64,000 bases of DNA from an uncultured Pseudomonadales bacterium (lineage in GTDB: Bacteria > Patescibacteriota > Microgenomatia > UBA1400 > PJMF01). Under the pieces are notes generated by a model. The model was not told where the DNA came from. It searched no databases and was given only the letters and a program-made list of their open reading frames with translations. Both the position numbers and the translations under genes were made by a program. The stretch spans positions 62-64,061 of the forward strand of contig CAZBEW010000002.1 of assembly GCA_964491115.1 (NCBI GenBank). The letters run 5' to 3'. Shown here in pieces: positions 54,075 through 63,728 of this stretch (the first letter of the stretch is position 1; each line of letters begins with the position of its first letter).

Positions 54075-54485
54075 CTAACTGTTTTTTTCGACAGTTTTAG
54101 CAGCGACAGCTTCGCTAGCTTGCTTAGTGCTTGATTCTGCTTTAACTTCTTTTGTTGCGGCAGCTTTTTTTTCTTGTTTGAGGTTTTCTTGTTGCTCTTG
54201 AAGAATTTGCTTGTAAGATTTGACTGGTTCATTACTTTTTTGAGTAATTTTTTTAGCAGCCTTTTTCTCTTTAGCAATCGCTTCGGCAGTGGCTCGTTTT
54301 TTAATAAACTTATCAACACGACCCTGGCGGTCAACAAACTTCATTTCTCCAGTAAAAAAAGGATGACAGGCACTACAAATATCAACACTAATGGTTTTAT
54401 TCATTGATCCTGTGGTAAAACTATTACCACAACTGCAGGTAACAACGCAGTCATGATGCCAGTTAGGATGGATAGCTTTTTTCAT
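54075..54485 (-). CDS. rpmE: 50S ribosomal protein L31 with long Lys/Ala-rich C-terminal extension
   Basis: [27 protein letters not shown]...[27 protein letters not shown] matches L31, then a ~65-aa K/A/E-rich tail. Start taken at MKKAIHP. Confidence 0.85.
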   Translation of the reverse strand: MKKAIHPNWHHDCVVTCSCGNSFTTGSMNKTISVDICSACHPFFTGEMKFVDRQGRVDKFIKKRATAEAIAKEKKAAKKITQKSNEPVKSYKQILQEQQENLKQEKKAAATKEVKAESSTKQASEAVAAKTVEKNS

Positions 54486-54532
54486 AACGAAGAGCAATTA
54501 TAGCACAAAAAAACTAGCTTCAAACAGAGAGT

Positions 54533-55777
54533 TTAATTATTGAGCTCTTTAATTAATTGCTCGATGTTTACCTGGGTTTGCTCGCCAGTTTTCATATTTT
54601 TTAGGCTAATAAAATTTTGTTTCAGTTCGTCTTCACCAATGAGAGCCACCCAGGGGATACTTTTTTCTTGAGCTAATTTAAATTGCTTGGCAATTTTGCT
54701 TTTTTCTAAAACTAGTTCACAACTGATATTGGCCATTCTTAATTGTTTTGCTAATTCTAAAGCTCTTTTTTGACAGCCAGCATCAGCAAAATAGCTAATT
54801 AAAACCTGGGCACTCGCTGCTTGTAGACCATCTCGTTCTTTAATGATTTCTACCACTCGATCAAAACCTAGACCAAAACCAACCGCTGGCAAATCAAGAC
54901 CGGCTAACTCTTTAACTAAATTATTATAGCGACCGCCGCCGCCTAAACTACCAAGTGCCGAATTGGGTAGTTTAGCTTCAAAAATTAGGCCAGTGTAATA
55001 ATCTAAACCACGCGCCAGTTTGGGATTAAATACTATGGCTGATTGGGGGACTCCTAAATCCAAAACTTTTTGTTCAATATCTATTAATAATTCAGATTTA
55101 GCAATCTTTTCAATCTTGAGAAATATTTCCTTGACGGCTGGTTGTGCCAAGCCCTTGCTCAACAATTCTGCTTCAACAATTTCGGGTTTTAATTTATCCA
55201 GCTTATCAATACTTTGAATGATAGATGCTACCGACACTTGATTTTGGGCATATTCTTGAAGATTTTCAACTAATAATTGACGATCGTTGATTTCAATTTT
55301 AACTTCATTTAAGCCCAAGCTTTGAAAAATATCATAAAAAAGGGCTAAAATTTCGGCATCGGCCAGAGTTGAATTGCTGCCAAAAACATCTGCATCGCAT
55401 TGCATAAATTCACGATATCGACCACGTTGTGGTTTATCTGCCCGAAAGACAGTTTGGATTTGATAGCGACGCAAATATTTGCCTAATTTATCTTGATAAT
55501 TAGCCAAAACACGAACGCTCGGGACAGTTTGATCATAGCGCAAACCAAGTTGACGATTGCCTCGATCAGTAAAGGTGTAGACTAACTGATCAGCCTCTTC
55601 ACCATATTTGCCCAATAATAAACTGGCATACTCAAGAGTTGGCGTTTCAAAAGGCAAAAAAGCAAAGCGCTTAAAGCTATCTTCGATAATAGAGCGTACT
55701 TTTTTTCTCAGTAAGGCTTCTGTTGGTAAAAAATCTCGGAAGCCTTTTGGTGTTTGTAATTGTTGATTCTTTTTCAT
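54533..55777 (-). CDS. hisS: histidyl-tRNA synthetase
   Basis: TPKGFRDFLP, motif 2 YQIQTVFRADKPQRGRYREFMQCD, motif 3 GGGGRYNNL, and an anticodon-binding C-domain. Confidence 0.9.
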   Translation of the reverse strand: MKKNQQLQTPKGFRDFLPTEALLRKKVRSIIEDSFKRFAFLPFETPTLEYASLLLGKYGEEADQLVYTFTDRGNRQLGLRYDQTVPSVRVLANYQDKLGKYLRRYQIQTVFRADKPQRGRYREFMQCDADVFGSNSTLADAEILALFYDIFQSLGLNEVKIEINDRQLLVENLQEYAQNQVSVASIIQSIDKLDKLKPEIVEAELLSKGLAQPAVKEIFLKIEKIAKSELLIDIEQKVLDLGVPQSAIVFNPKLARGLDYYTGLIFEAKLPNSALGSLGGGGRYNNLVKELAGLDLPAVGFGLGFDRVVEIIKERDGLQAASAQVLISYFADAGCQKRALELAKQLRMANISCELVLEKSKIAKQFKLAQEKSIPWVALIGEDELKQNFISLKNMKTGEQTQVNIEQLIKELNN

Positions 55778-55802
55778 AAATCCTTTAAGTATCTTTATTG
55801 TA

Positions 55803-55828
55803 CAAAAAATCCCCAGTCTTAGGGGATT
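55803..55828 (-). terminator. intrinsic-terminator-like hairpin + U-run on minus strand, within the hisS leader
   Basis: On the minus strand: aatcccc-taagact-ggggatt followed by tttttt (7-bp perfect stem). Confidence 0.45.
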
Positions 55829-56016
55829 AATTATGCAATTGCTTTTTAGTCAGCAAAACATCCCCCTTAGATAGGGAAGTGATGAGCGACTAGTACTTGA
55901 GCAATTGTTTTTTGCATCAACACTCTATTATATGTTTTTTAAGGCTAATAGTCAAATAAATATTTGCTATAATCCCTCTTAGGGTCTTTTAAAAATAAAA
56001 ATGATCTTTGAAAAAC

Positions 56017-56090
56017 GGGCCTGTAGCTCAGTTGGCTAGAGCGCTGCATTCGCATTGCAGAGGTCAGGGATTCGACTTCCCTCAGGTCCA
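56017..56090 (+). tRNA. tRNA-Ala (anticodon CGC)
   Basis: Manual fold: acceptor GGGCCTG/CAGGTCC with G3:U70 Ala identity pair, D-arm GCTC-AGTTGGCTA-GAGC, anticodon stem CTGCA/TGCAG with loop ttCGCat, T-arm AGGGA-TTCGACT-TCCCT, discriminator A. CCA is not encoded. Confidence 0.85.
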
Positions 56091-56093
56091 CTC

Positions 56094-56819
56094 TTAATCA
56101 ATTTCGGCCAAAGCTTTGATGCTGGTCGTTTGCCATTGCCCATCTGCTTTCTGTTTAGCAATAATTAGACATTGCAACTCTGGATAAAAGTCTTTGACAG
56201 TAATTTCCTCGCCATCGGCAGCAAGGTATTGCGTATCTTTATCTAACAGAAATGTTAAATTAGTTTCTCCTGTTCGAGAATCAAAAAGTAAATTGCTGGG
56301 ATAAATTTCCACAATTGCTCCTAGCATAATTTTGCGTTCAATTTTAGTAAAATCTTTATTGGTGACAACAATTCTCACCACTTTTGCGGTATTTTCCTGA
56401 AGAATGCTGTAAACCAGCACCCAATCATCAACCTCTATTTGGTCAAGAGAGATGGTCTTGTCTTCTTTAATAATTTCAAAATTTTCCGCGACTGGAATCA
56501 CTATCGACAATTGATCATTTAAAACCGTCAAAGTTTCGGCACTCACTCTTTTTACTTGAGCTAAATAGGCCTGTTTTTGATGATTTGTTTGCTGATTATT
56601 TTGCTCTAATTCAACTGTTTTATCTTGAAAAACTTTTTTAAGGTTTGAGATGGTTGATTCTTCACTCGCTTCTTTATCATTTTCTGTTTGAGCTTGAGTG
56701 CGATGACTTGGTTTAACGATTAATAAATTAATAAGCACAAACAGAGCTATTAGCGATAGATATAGCGGTAATTTATGAAATTTCTTTTGCTCAAAAATTT
56801 TTATTGCTTGCTTTTTCAT
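56094..56819 (-). CDS. membrane-anchored hypothetical protein
   Basis: N-terminal TM (LPLYLSLIALFVLINLLIV), then a soluble domain; no motif. Confidence 0.5.
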   Translation of the reverse strand: MKKQAIKIFEQKKFHKLPLYLSLIALFVLINLLIVKPSHRTQAQTENDKEASEESTISNLKKVFQDKTVELEQNNQQTNHQKQAYLAQVKRVSAETLTVLNDQLSIVIPVAENFEIIKEDKTISLDQIEVDDWVLVYSILQENTAKVVRIVVTNKDFTKIERKIMLGAIVEIYPSNLLFDSRTGETNLTFLLDKDTQYLAADGEEITVKDFYPELQCLIIAKQKADGQWQTTSIKALAEID

Positions 56820-56848
56820 TTTTATTTTTCTAGATCTGATGCTTTATC

Positions 56849-57358
56849 TTAATTTTGTTTATCTTCTTCTACTGTTTCTTCATCTGGAGTTTGCTCGGTA
56901 TTTTCTTCCGCTTCTTGCTCAGAAAAGTCTTCATTTAAAAATTCTTCATCGACAATGACGGTTCGATCCACTCTTGTTAGCAAGCCATCTTGACTAATAC
57001 TATAAATAGATAAAACATTAGCGCCCTGGTCTAAGCGTATTTCTTTTGAAAAATTACCCGATTCATCAGCATTAGTAATTATTTCCAAATCATTAAGGGC
57101 AATGACCACTGAGTTATTAGCCTGGGTGTTGCCACTAACAATGAGTCTTTGACTATCGATAATTAAATTGTCTTCGGGAGAGGTGATGGCTAATTGACCG
57201 GAGCTTTCTTGTTCATCTGCAGTGTGACTGCTAATCACATCTTGCACCTGATCTTTTTGAGCATCACTCACGTTGCGCTGACTTCGATAAACAGCAAAAG
57301 TGATGAGAAGACCCAAACTGGCCCCAACTAGAATCGCTAAAAGAACTTCTTTCCGCAT
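56849..57358 (-). CDS. membrane-anchored hypothetical protein, acidic C-terminus
   Basis: N-terminal TM (VLLAILVGASLGLLITFAV), beta-rich middle, C-terminal EEFLNEDFSEQEAEENTEQTPDEETVEEDKQN. Confidence 0.5.
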   Translation of the reverse strand: MRKEVLLAILVGASLGLLITFAVYRSQRNVSDAQKDQVQDVISSHTADEQESSGQLAITSPEDNLIIDSQRLIVSGNTQANNSVVIALNDLEIITNADESGNFSKEIRLDQGANVLSIYSISQDGLLTRVDRTVIVDEEFLNEDFSEQEAEENTEQTPDEETVEEDKQN

Positions 57359-57387
57359 AATTACTATTGTAATTGAGAGGTTATCCT

Positions 57388-58092
57388 ATGTTAAATCTTG
57401 AAAAAAGTCAACTTTGCGGGTACTATGCGAGTATGCAAATTACTTATTATGGTCATTCATGTTTTAAATTAAAAGGAAAAAGCGGCACGGTAGTCACCGA
57501 CCCCTACAGCGAAGAGGGGGTTTATGGTATCAGCATGCCTAAACTTTCTGCAGATATAGTCACGATTTCACATCAACATCGAGGCCATAATGCTATCGAA
57601 AAAATTAAAGGCGCGGTCAATCGCAAAAAGCCTTTTATTATTGATTTTCCTGGAGAGTATGAAGTGGGCGGCATCAGCGTCTTTGGAGTGAACACCTATC
57701 ACGATGAAGTAAATGGTAAAGAACGAGGCAATAACTTAATTTTTACGATTTTAATTGATGGGATCACTGTTTGTCATTTGGGCGATTTAGCCCATCCATT
57801 AAGTGAGGAGCAACTAAAAGATTTGGCCGCGATTGACGTGCTGTTTTTACCAGTTGGCGGTCCCAGCTCTTTAATGGGAGATGCTGCTGTTAAAGTGGCT
57901 CAAGCCATTAGCCCAAATTATGTAATACCCATGCATTATGCTGATCACGCCTATCCCAAAGATGCTCCTCTCAAGAGAATTGAAGATTTTTTTCAAGTTT
58001 ACGGAACGACAGCCGTAGCTGAGGAAAAATTAATCATTGAAAAGGATCGTTTACCAGAAGAAATGCAATTAGTAGTATTATCTCGTACTTAA
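57388..58092 (+). CDS. MBL-fold metal-dependent hydrolase (UlaG/YtkL-like)
   Basis: SD gagagg sits 7 nt before ATG 57388. Motifs ITYYGHSCF, TISHQHRGHN, LGDLAH, VIPMHY. Confidence 0.7.
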   Translation: MLNLEKSQLCGYYASMQITYYGHSCFKLKGKSGTVVTDPYSEEGVYGISMPKLSADIVTISHQHRGHNAIEKIKGAVNRKKPFIIDFPGEYEVGGISVFGVNTYHDEVNGKERGNNLIFTILIDGITVCHLGDLAHPLSEEQLKDLAAIDVLFLPVGGPSSLMGDAAVKVAQAISPNYVIPMHYADHAYPKDAPLKRIEDFFQVYGTTAVAEEKLIIEKDRLPEEMQLVVLSRT

Positions 58093-58094
58093 AT

Positions 58095-59432
58095 ATGGCA
58101 ACTAGCAGAATTGATCCTAAAATCCCACCTCATGATTTACAAGCTGAGGAGTTTGTTTTAGCAGCTATTTTAATTGATAAAGATGCCATTTTAAAAGTTT
58201 CAGAAATATTGATTGCCCAATCTTTTTATAGCGCAGCTAATAAAGCAATTTATCAGGCAATGCTTGATCTTTATGATAATCGCCAGCCGATTGATGTTAT
58301 TACCCTTAAAAATCAATTAAAAAAACATAAAAAGTTAAGTTTGGCTGGTGGAGTATCGGGGATCAGTCGCATTTCTAATTTATTATCAACCAGCGCAAAT
58401 GCGGCCAACTATGCCGAAGTAGTTCGAGAAAAATACATCAAACGCGAATTAATTGCTTTATCAAGTGATGTAGCTAATTTAGCTTTTGATGAAGGCAAAG
58501 AAATTAGTGAAATTTTAGATAATGCTGAAAAATCAGTGATGGAAATTTCTCAAACACATGCTCGTAAAGATTTCTTGCCAGTTAAACACACTCTTGTTGA
58601 AAGTTTTGATCGTTTAGATGAATTGCAAAAGAGCGGAGGAGAGTTGCGCGGTATGCCGTCTGGTTTTGCTGATTTAGATCGGCAATTAGCTGGATTTCAA
58701 AAATCCAATCTAATCATTTTAGCCGCTCGTCCTGGCACAGGTAAAACAGCTTTAGCAGTTAATATTGCCCAATATTTAACGGTGGTTGCCAAAAAGAAAG
58801 TGGGCTTCTTTTCTTTAGAAATGAGCCGCGAAGAATTAGTTGATCGTCTCTTAACAGCTCAAGCAGATATTGATGCTTGGAAATTAAAAACTGGTCGTTT
58901 AGATCAAGATGATTTTGGGCGTTTGTCCGATGCCATGGGTGTTTTAGCTGAAGCTAAACTATTTATTGATGATACCCCAGGTTTAAGTATCTTTGAGATG
59001 CGCACCAAAGCCCGTCGCTTAATGATGGAGCAGAATATCGACATGCTCATAGTTGATTATCTTCAATTAGCTCATGGTGCCAATCGCGAGAATAGAGTCC
59101 AGGAAGTGGGAGAAATCTCTCAAGGATTAAAAAATATTGCTCGTGAATTAAAAATACCTGTTTTAGCATTAGCGCAATTATCTCGGGCTGTTGAGCAACG
59201 AGGTGAGCGTTCTCCACAATTATCTGATTTGCGTGAATCAGGCTCAATCGAACAAGATGCCGATGTTGTTTTATTTTTATATCGCAAAGAAGAAGATAAT
59301 CGAGAAGAAGTGACACTCAAAATCGCTAAACACCGTAATGGTAGTTTAGGAGACTTAGAATTATTCTTTAAAGGCAATCGGGTGCGTTTTTATGGCATGG
59401 AAATGAAACGTTCTCAAGGAGGCATGGCATAA
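58095..59432 (+). CDS. dnaB: replicative DNA helicase DnaB
   Basis: N-terminal PHDLQAEEFVLAAIL, Walker A LIILAARPGTGKTALAVNIA, H1a/H2/H3/H4 motifs (FSLEMS, DYLQL, ALAQLSR), no intein. Confidence 0.95.
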   Translation: MATSRIDPKIPPHDLQAEEFVLAAILIDKDAILKVSEILIAQSFYSAANKAIYQAMLDLYDNRQPIDVITLKNQLKKHKKLSLAGGVSGISRISNLLSTSANAANYAEVVREKYIKRELIALSSDVANLAFDEGKEISEILDNAEKSVMEISQTHARKDFLPVKHTLVESFDRLDELQKSGGELRGMPSGFADLDRQLAGFQKSNLIILAARPGTGKTALAVNIAQYLTVVAKKKVGFFSLEMSREELVDRLLTAQADIDAWKLKTGRLDQDDFGRLSDAMGVLAEAKLFIDDTPGLSIFEMRTKARRLMMEQNIDMLIVDYLQLAHGANRENRVQEVGEISQGLKNIARELKIPVLALAQLSRAVEQRGERSPQLSDLRESGSIEQDADVVLFLYRKEEDNREEVTLKIAKHRNGSLGDLELFFKGNRVRFYGMEMKRSQGGMA

Positions 59433-59486
59433 ATTAACTCAAGTGCGATACAAATCGACCCAATCGATGGCATAAATTAACTCAAG
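59424..59486. repeat. 20-bp perfect direct repeat atggcataaattaactcaag x2 (+ partial third) at dnaB 3' end
   Basis: Copy 1 at 59424-59443 contains the dnaB terminal codons ATG GCA TAA. Copy 2 is at 59467-59486. Partial ataaattaacc at ~59492. Confidence 0.6.
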
Positions 59487-59497
59487 CCTGATATAAA

Positions 59498-59761
59498 TTA
59501 ACCTTGCTGGAAACCAAAAAGTAAATAAATTAAACCGCCAGATAAAAGCATAAAAATTATAAAAAACCCCAGATTCGCTTTTAGATTTTTTTGAGACACA
59601 TCAGCATTGGGATTATCCATGCTGACAATAATGATCACTGAAATAATTACCCAAATCACACCACGAGTGACAATTGACCAAACACTGTCAATTGCGATGG
59701 CTTGTTGAATTAAGTTCTTAATGTTTTCCATATTTTCAATCTCAATATTATCATGAAGCAT
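59498..59761 (-). CDS. small membrane protein, hypothetical
   Basis: Two hydrophobic helices (VIWVIISVIIIVS, LGFFIIFMLLSGGLIYLLFG). Confidence 0.4.
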   Translation of the reverse strand: MLHDNIEIENMENIKNLIQQAIAIDSVWSIVTRGVIWVIISVIIIVSMDNPNADVSQKNLKANLGFFIIFMLLSGGLIYLLFGFQQG

Positions 59762-59822
59762 TTTCTTAACAAAAACAAGTCTTTTTACGGTAGAATAAGC
59801 AAGCTTTAGAAAAAAGTCATCA

Positions 59823-59906
59823 GCCGAGATGGCGGAATAGGTAGACGCGTAGGTCTCAAAAACCTATGGAGGCAACTTCATGAGGGTTCGATTCCCTCTC
59901 TCGGCA
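59823..59906 (+). tRNA. tRNA-Leu (anticodon CAA), long variable arm
   Basis: Manual fold: acceptor GCCGAGA/TCTCGGC, anticodon stem TAGGT/ACCTA with loop ctCAAaa, long variable arm, T-arm GAGGG-TTCGATT-CCCTC, discriminator A. Confidence 0.85.
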
Positions 59907-59911
59907 CGCTT

Positions 59912-60721
59912 ATGTGGCCAACTTTAATTAATTTTGGTTTTTTTCAGTTAAAATCTCTAACACTATTAGCGATTTTAGCTTTATTTTTTGCAGCATTTGT
60001 TTTTTGGCACAAGGGTAAAGAAGAGCATTACGACAATATGGAGTTATTTGATGCTTTTATTCTTTCAGGTGTTTTTGGCGTGGCAATTGGTCGTTTAAGT
60101 TTTGTCTTGTTTAATTTAGCTTTATTTAAAGATAATTGGTGGTTGATTTTTAATCTTAATCAGGCGCCTGGTAATATACCCCTATTAACTTTAGTAGCAG
60201 CTGGTTTTGCTTTATATTTTTTGGCTAAAAAACGCAAATGGGATCCTTTTGAGATTTTAGATTTTTGGGTGACAGCTATTAGTTTGGGGATGATTTTCCT
60301 TTATTTTGGCTTTTTTCTCGCAGGCAGTTATGCTGGGCGTTTTACCAGTTTGCCATGGGGAGTGGTGATGCCGGGTAATTTTGAAAAAAGTCATCCAGTG
60401 CAATTATATTTTGTTGTTTTCTATTTTCTATTATTTAATTATTTACTTAAAGTTGAATATCGCTATCGAACTTTTGAATGGTATCGACGTGGCAGAAAGA
60501 CGGCTCAATCAGGTTTTTTATTATCGACCTTTTTAATTGCCATTGGGTCTTTTTACTTGTTAATGACAGTTGTTTCAGTACCTAGAATGCTTATTGTAGG
60601 TACAGTGATTGACCATTGGGTTTATTTATTATTATTAATTTTTGGTGTAGTTTTACTATTGTCTAGATCTGGATTGACGATCAAAGCCAAACACAAAAAA
60701 CCTCCCCAGATCAATTTATAA
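59912..60721 (+). CDS. lgt: prolipoprotein diacylglyceryl transferase-like
   Basis: Seven TM helices; GVAIGRLSF... and HPVQLYFVVFYFLLFNYL resemble the Lgt signature (H-P-T-x-L-Y-E). Moderate confidence. Confidence 0.55.
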   Translation: MWPTLINFGFFQLKSLTLLAILALFFAAFVFWHKGKEEHYDNMELFDAFILSGVFGVAIGRLSFVLFNLALFKDNWWLIFNLNQAPGNIPLLTLVAAGFALYFLAKKRKWDPFEILDFWVTAISLGMIFLYFGFFLAGSYAGRFTSLPWGVVMPGNFEKSHPVQLYFVVFYFLLFNYLLKVEYRYRTFEWYRRGRKTAQSGFLLSTFLIAIGSFYLLMTVVSVPRMLIVGTVIDHWVYLLLLIFGVVLLLSRSGLTIKAKHKKPPQINL

Positions 60722-60742
60722 TTTTTTGTTGGCAAAACACGT

Positions 60743-61633
60743 ATGGATAAAATCAGAATTATTTTTGAAGATAAAAATCTCATCGTGATTAATAAACCAG
60801 CGGGCTTGGTGGTCAACAGAGCTCTCACTCATAAAAGCGCTACGGTGCAAGATTGGTTGCTCGAATATTTAGGCGAAGCAGTTTTTACTCAGGAAAACAT
60901 CAAGCATCAGCGCGCGCAATGGGCGCATTTGGTTCCTTACAACTTTCAAGCTGATTTTGGCTCACCAGAGGAGATTTGGTTGGCTAGACAAGGCTTAGTT
61001 CATCGTTTAGATAAAGAAACCTCTGGAGCACTATTATTGGCAAAAAACCCCGGTGCTTTAGTAAACCTACTGGCACAATTTAAAGAGCAACAAGTTAATA
61101 AAGAGTATTTAGCTCTGTGTCATGGACACTTTGCCTTAAATCAGGGCAAAATTAGCGTGCCATTGGCTAGAGCGAGAAACGACCGCTTGCGCTTTGCCCT
61201 CAGTGCTACTGGCCGAGTGGCCGAAACTCATTATCAGGTCATTGAGAGATATGATGAATTTTCCTGGGACACTTTGCAGTCGCAACTAGTAATAGATGAT
61301 TCTTCACCAAACAGTAAAAATCTACACAAACTGCTTAAAAGGGGACCACAGCTGTATCAGGGCGGTTTTAGCCTGGTCAAAGCCCAACCAAAAACAGGTC
61401 GCACTCACCAAATTCGGGTTCATTTTGCCTCGATGCATCATCCGCTAATTGCTGACAAAATTTACTCTGGAAGAAAACGTCAGGCCTTGGATCAACTCTG
61501 GTGCCCTCGACATTTTTTACATGCTGCCAGTTTAAAATTTTTTTCGCCAACGGGCCCAGTTTGGGAAAAAAGACAGTCAGTAGAGGTGCCACTGACTGCT
61601 GATTTACAAAAGGCACTAAATTTGTTACAATAA
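60743..61633 (+). CDS. RluA-family pseudouridine synthase
   Basis: LIVINKPAGLVVN, catalytic HRLDKETSGALLLAK, AETHYQVIERY, GRTHQIRVHFASMHHPLIADKIY. Confidence 0.85.
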   Translation: MDKIRIIFEDKNLIVINKPAGLVVNRALTHKSATVQDWLLEYLGEAVFTQENIKHQRAQWAHLVPYNFQADFGSPEEIWLARQGLVHRLDKETSGALLLAKNPGALVNLLAQFKEQQVNKEYLALCHGHFALNQGKISVPLARARNDRLRFALSATGRVAETHYQVIERYDEFSWDTLQSQLVIDDSSPNSKNLHKLLKRGPQLYQGGFSLVKAQPKTGRTHQIRVHFASMHHPLIADKIYSGRKRQALDQLWCPRHFLHAASLKFFSPTGPVWEKRQSVEVPLTADLQKALNLLQ

Positions 61634-61735
61634 CAAAATATAAGCGAAGAGTGCGAATGAGCGTTAAGCTTTTCGTATTCCCAAGCAACGAATCTTGACT
61701 TTTAGTCAAGAGGGAAACCAAGAGAATAGGAAAAG

Positions 61736-62377
61736 TTGAGCGCTCATTTTTTTATTAAAGAAAAAATGCAATTTAAACAAATCATTTTTGATCTTGATCC
61801 AGCTAAATATATTGTTCCAAGCTGGGCAGATTTAGACCAGTTGTGTTTTGAACTCGCCAAGCAAATAAATGATGCTGGAGAAGAGTTCGATTTGGTGGTT
61901 GCCTTAGCCAAAGGTGCTTGGCCCATGAGTCGCACTCTTGTCGATTATTTAGCCATGTCCAACTTAGTGAGTTTGGGAATTAGGTTTTACTCGGGAATTA
62001 ACCAGCGCCTCAGTGAACCAGAGGTGTATCAAGATTTGCCAATCAGTGTTAAGGGTAAAAAAATTTTATTGTTCGATGATGTGGCCGACACTGGTGAATC
62101 ATTACTTTTCGCTAGTGATTATCTCTTAGAACAGGGAGCAACAGAGGTCAAAACAGCCACACTTTTTTTTAAAGAACGCTCGGCTATTATTCCAGATTTT
62201 TATGCTAGTCTGGTTGATGCCTGGATTATTTTCCCCTTTGAACTGAGAGAGATGACTAGTTTATTAGTCAATAATTGGCGAGAGCAGGGGATTGATGAAA
62301 CGGTTATTGAGGACAGATTAAGCAAACTCAATTTTTCAGAAAAAATTATTAAGTATTTTTATAAAAAAAGTAATTAG
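61736..62377 (+). CDS. type I phosphoribosyltransferase-domain protein (purine PRTase-like)
   Basis: PRPP-binding motif KILLFDDVADTGESL; aggaaaag SD before TTG 61736 (alt ATG 61766). Confidence 0.65.
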   Translation: MSAHFFIKEKMQFKQIIFDLDPAKYIVPSWADLDQLCFELAKQINDAGEEFDLVVALAKGAWPMSRTLVDYLAMSNLVSLGIRFYSGINQRLSEPEVYQDLPISVKGKKILLFDDVADTGESLLFASDYLLEQGATEVKTATLFFKERSAIIPDFYASLVDAWIIFPFELREMTSLLVNNWREQGIDETVIEDRLSKLNFSEKIIKYFYKKSN

Positions 62378-62389
62378 AAAGGTTCTAAA

Positions 62390-62647
62390 ATGAGCAAAGA
62401 ACATGTAGCAAATTTAAACCAGCTTTCTCAAGCAGAATTGAAAAAAAAGCTTGAGGGGCTCCCTGAGCCAGAGCTGAGAGAACTGCACCAAGAATCAATA
62501 GATAGTGGTGACTATTCATTACAAATACTGCTTTGTTATGCGCTATTAAAGTATGAAGATAACCAAAGCTTAGCTTTAGATGAGATTACGAGATTAAAAA
62601 GAATTGTAGATGCTAGCGATCACAAAGCCCTAATGTTTAAATCTTAG
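62390..62647 (+). CDS. hypothetical protein (85 aa)
   Basis: ORF with aaaggttctaaaATG context; helical; no motif. Confidence 0.35.
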   Translation: MSKEHVANLNQLSQAELKKKLEGLPEPELRELHQESIDSGDYSLQILLCYALLKYEDNQSLALDEITRLKRIVDASDHKALMFKS

Positions 62648-62659
62648 ACTATTTAACTT

Positions 62660-63529
62660 ATGTCAGTCACACTTTTTTCCAACGAGCGCTTTAGTCAAGA
62701 AGAAGGGGTTCGAGCGCACAGAAAAGAGCAATTGCGAGAATTAATGGCTGATTTAAGTGCTCTGGTGATTAATACTGGCAATCAGAAGAAAGCTTTAGCC
62801 CTAGCTGATCTAATCAATCGTTTAACTGGCCAGTTATTAGTTCCTCAAGAGGTAATTTGTTTTTCTGATCCCAATCAAGAACAATGTGCTGTGCGGGCTG
62901 CCGATGTAGCTAAAAGTAAAGTGAGCAACTTAATTAAAGATGTTAAGCAATATCCTGAACATTGCCGAACAGTTGATGGATCGGATAATCAAGATCTTAA
63001 TTTATTGCTCAGTCAATTGGTCTTGTTTGCTGGTTCCGATGTTAATTCCTTTATTTATCAAGAGAATGCTAGTTGGCAGCAAAATCATAAACTATCCAGA
63101 CAATATCCAGAGGGGCTTCCTGAGGAAAAATTTTGGCAGTGGCGCGAACAACTGCGACAAGATTTTTGTTTTCCAAAATCTGGGCAGGTGGTTTTGCGTT
63201 GGGATATTGCTAGTCAATTGGTGAATGGTCGACAGCATACTTTTAGTGACATGATCGAGGTAGTTAGTAAACCAATTGATCCAGAGTTGCTTGACCGTTA
63301 TCTATTAGAAGCATATAAAAACGGCTTAATGTTAGAATCCAATCAACACTTTGCTGCTTTGGAATGCTTAATTGAAAATGGACAGATCATTAGCACTAGT
63401 CATCTGCCTAGAGAACTCGAGGACAAAGGGGCTAGTTTAGCCGATTTTAATACTTTTAATATTTCGCCGGTAATTTTATCTGCTTTTTTACATTCAGTGA
63501 TCAATAATACGCCAGTTTATATCCCATAA
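62660..63529 (+). CDS. hypothetical protein (289 aa)
   Basis: ORF only; no motif recognised. Confidence 0.45.
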   Translation: MSVTLFSNERFSQEEGVRAHRKEQLRELMADLSALVINTGNQKKALALADLINRLTGQLLVPQEVICFSDPNQEQCAVRAADVAKSKVSNLIKDVKQYPEHCRTVDGSDNQDLNLLLSQLVLFAGSDVNSFIYQENASWQQNHKLSRQYPEGLPEEKFWQWREQLRQDFCFPKSGQVVLRWDIASQLVNGRQHTFSDMIEVVSKPIDPELLDRYLLEAYKNGLMLESNQHFAALECLIENGQIISTSHLPRELEDKGASLADFNTFNISPVILSAFLHSVINNTPVYIP

Positions 63530-63728
63530 TAATTTTGTAAATTAGCCCATAATTATATTGGCAACAATTTTAAGAATATTAGCTAGATTTAGCGGAGAAA
63601 TTGACTAGATTTAGCAGAGAAGTGTGGTACAATTTAAGCTCTAATTATTAATTTGGGCCAGGTGCTTATTTTCCTGATCAGACACCCGGGCCATTTTCAG
63701 ACTTAATCTGAAATAAACAAGGAAGTAG

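Noticed and set aside
55778-56016. T-box riboswitch upstream of hisS
   Set aside because: The leader length is right, but the conserved T-box sequence (AGGGUGGNACCGCG) and the specifier-loop/stem-I features are not present. Only a simple hairpin + U-run is seen.
58095-59432. Possible intein or insertion in dnaB
   Set aside because: The protein is 445 aa with contiguous Walker A to H4 motifs, which is the normal length with no extra domain.
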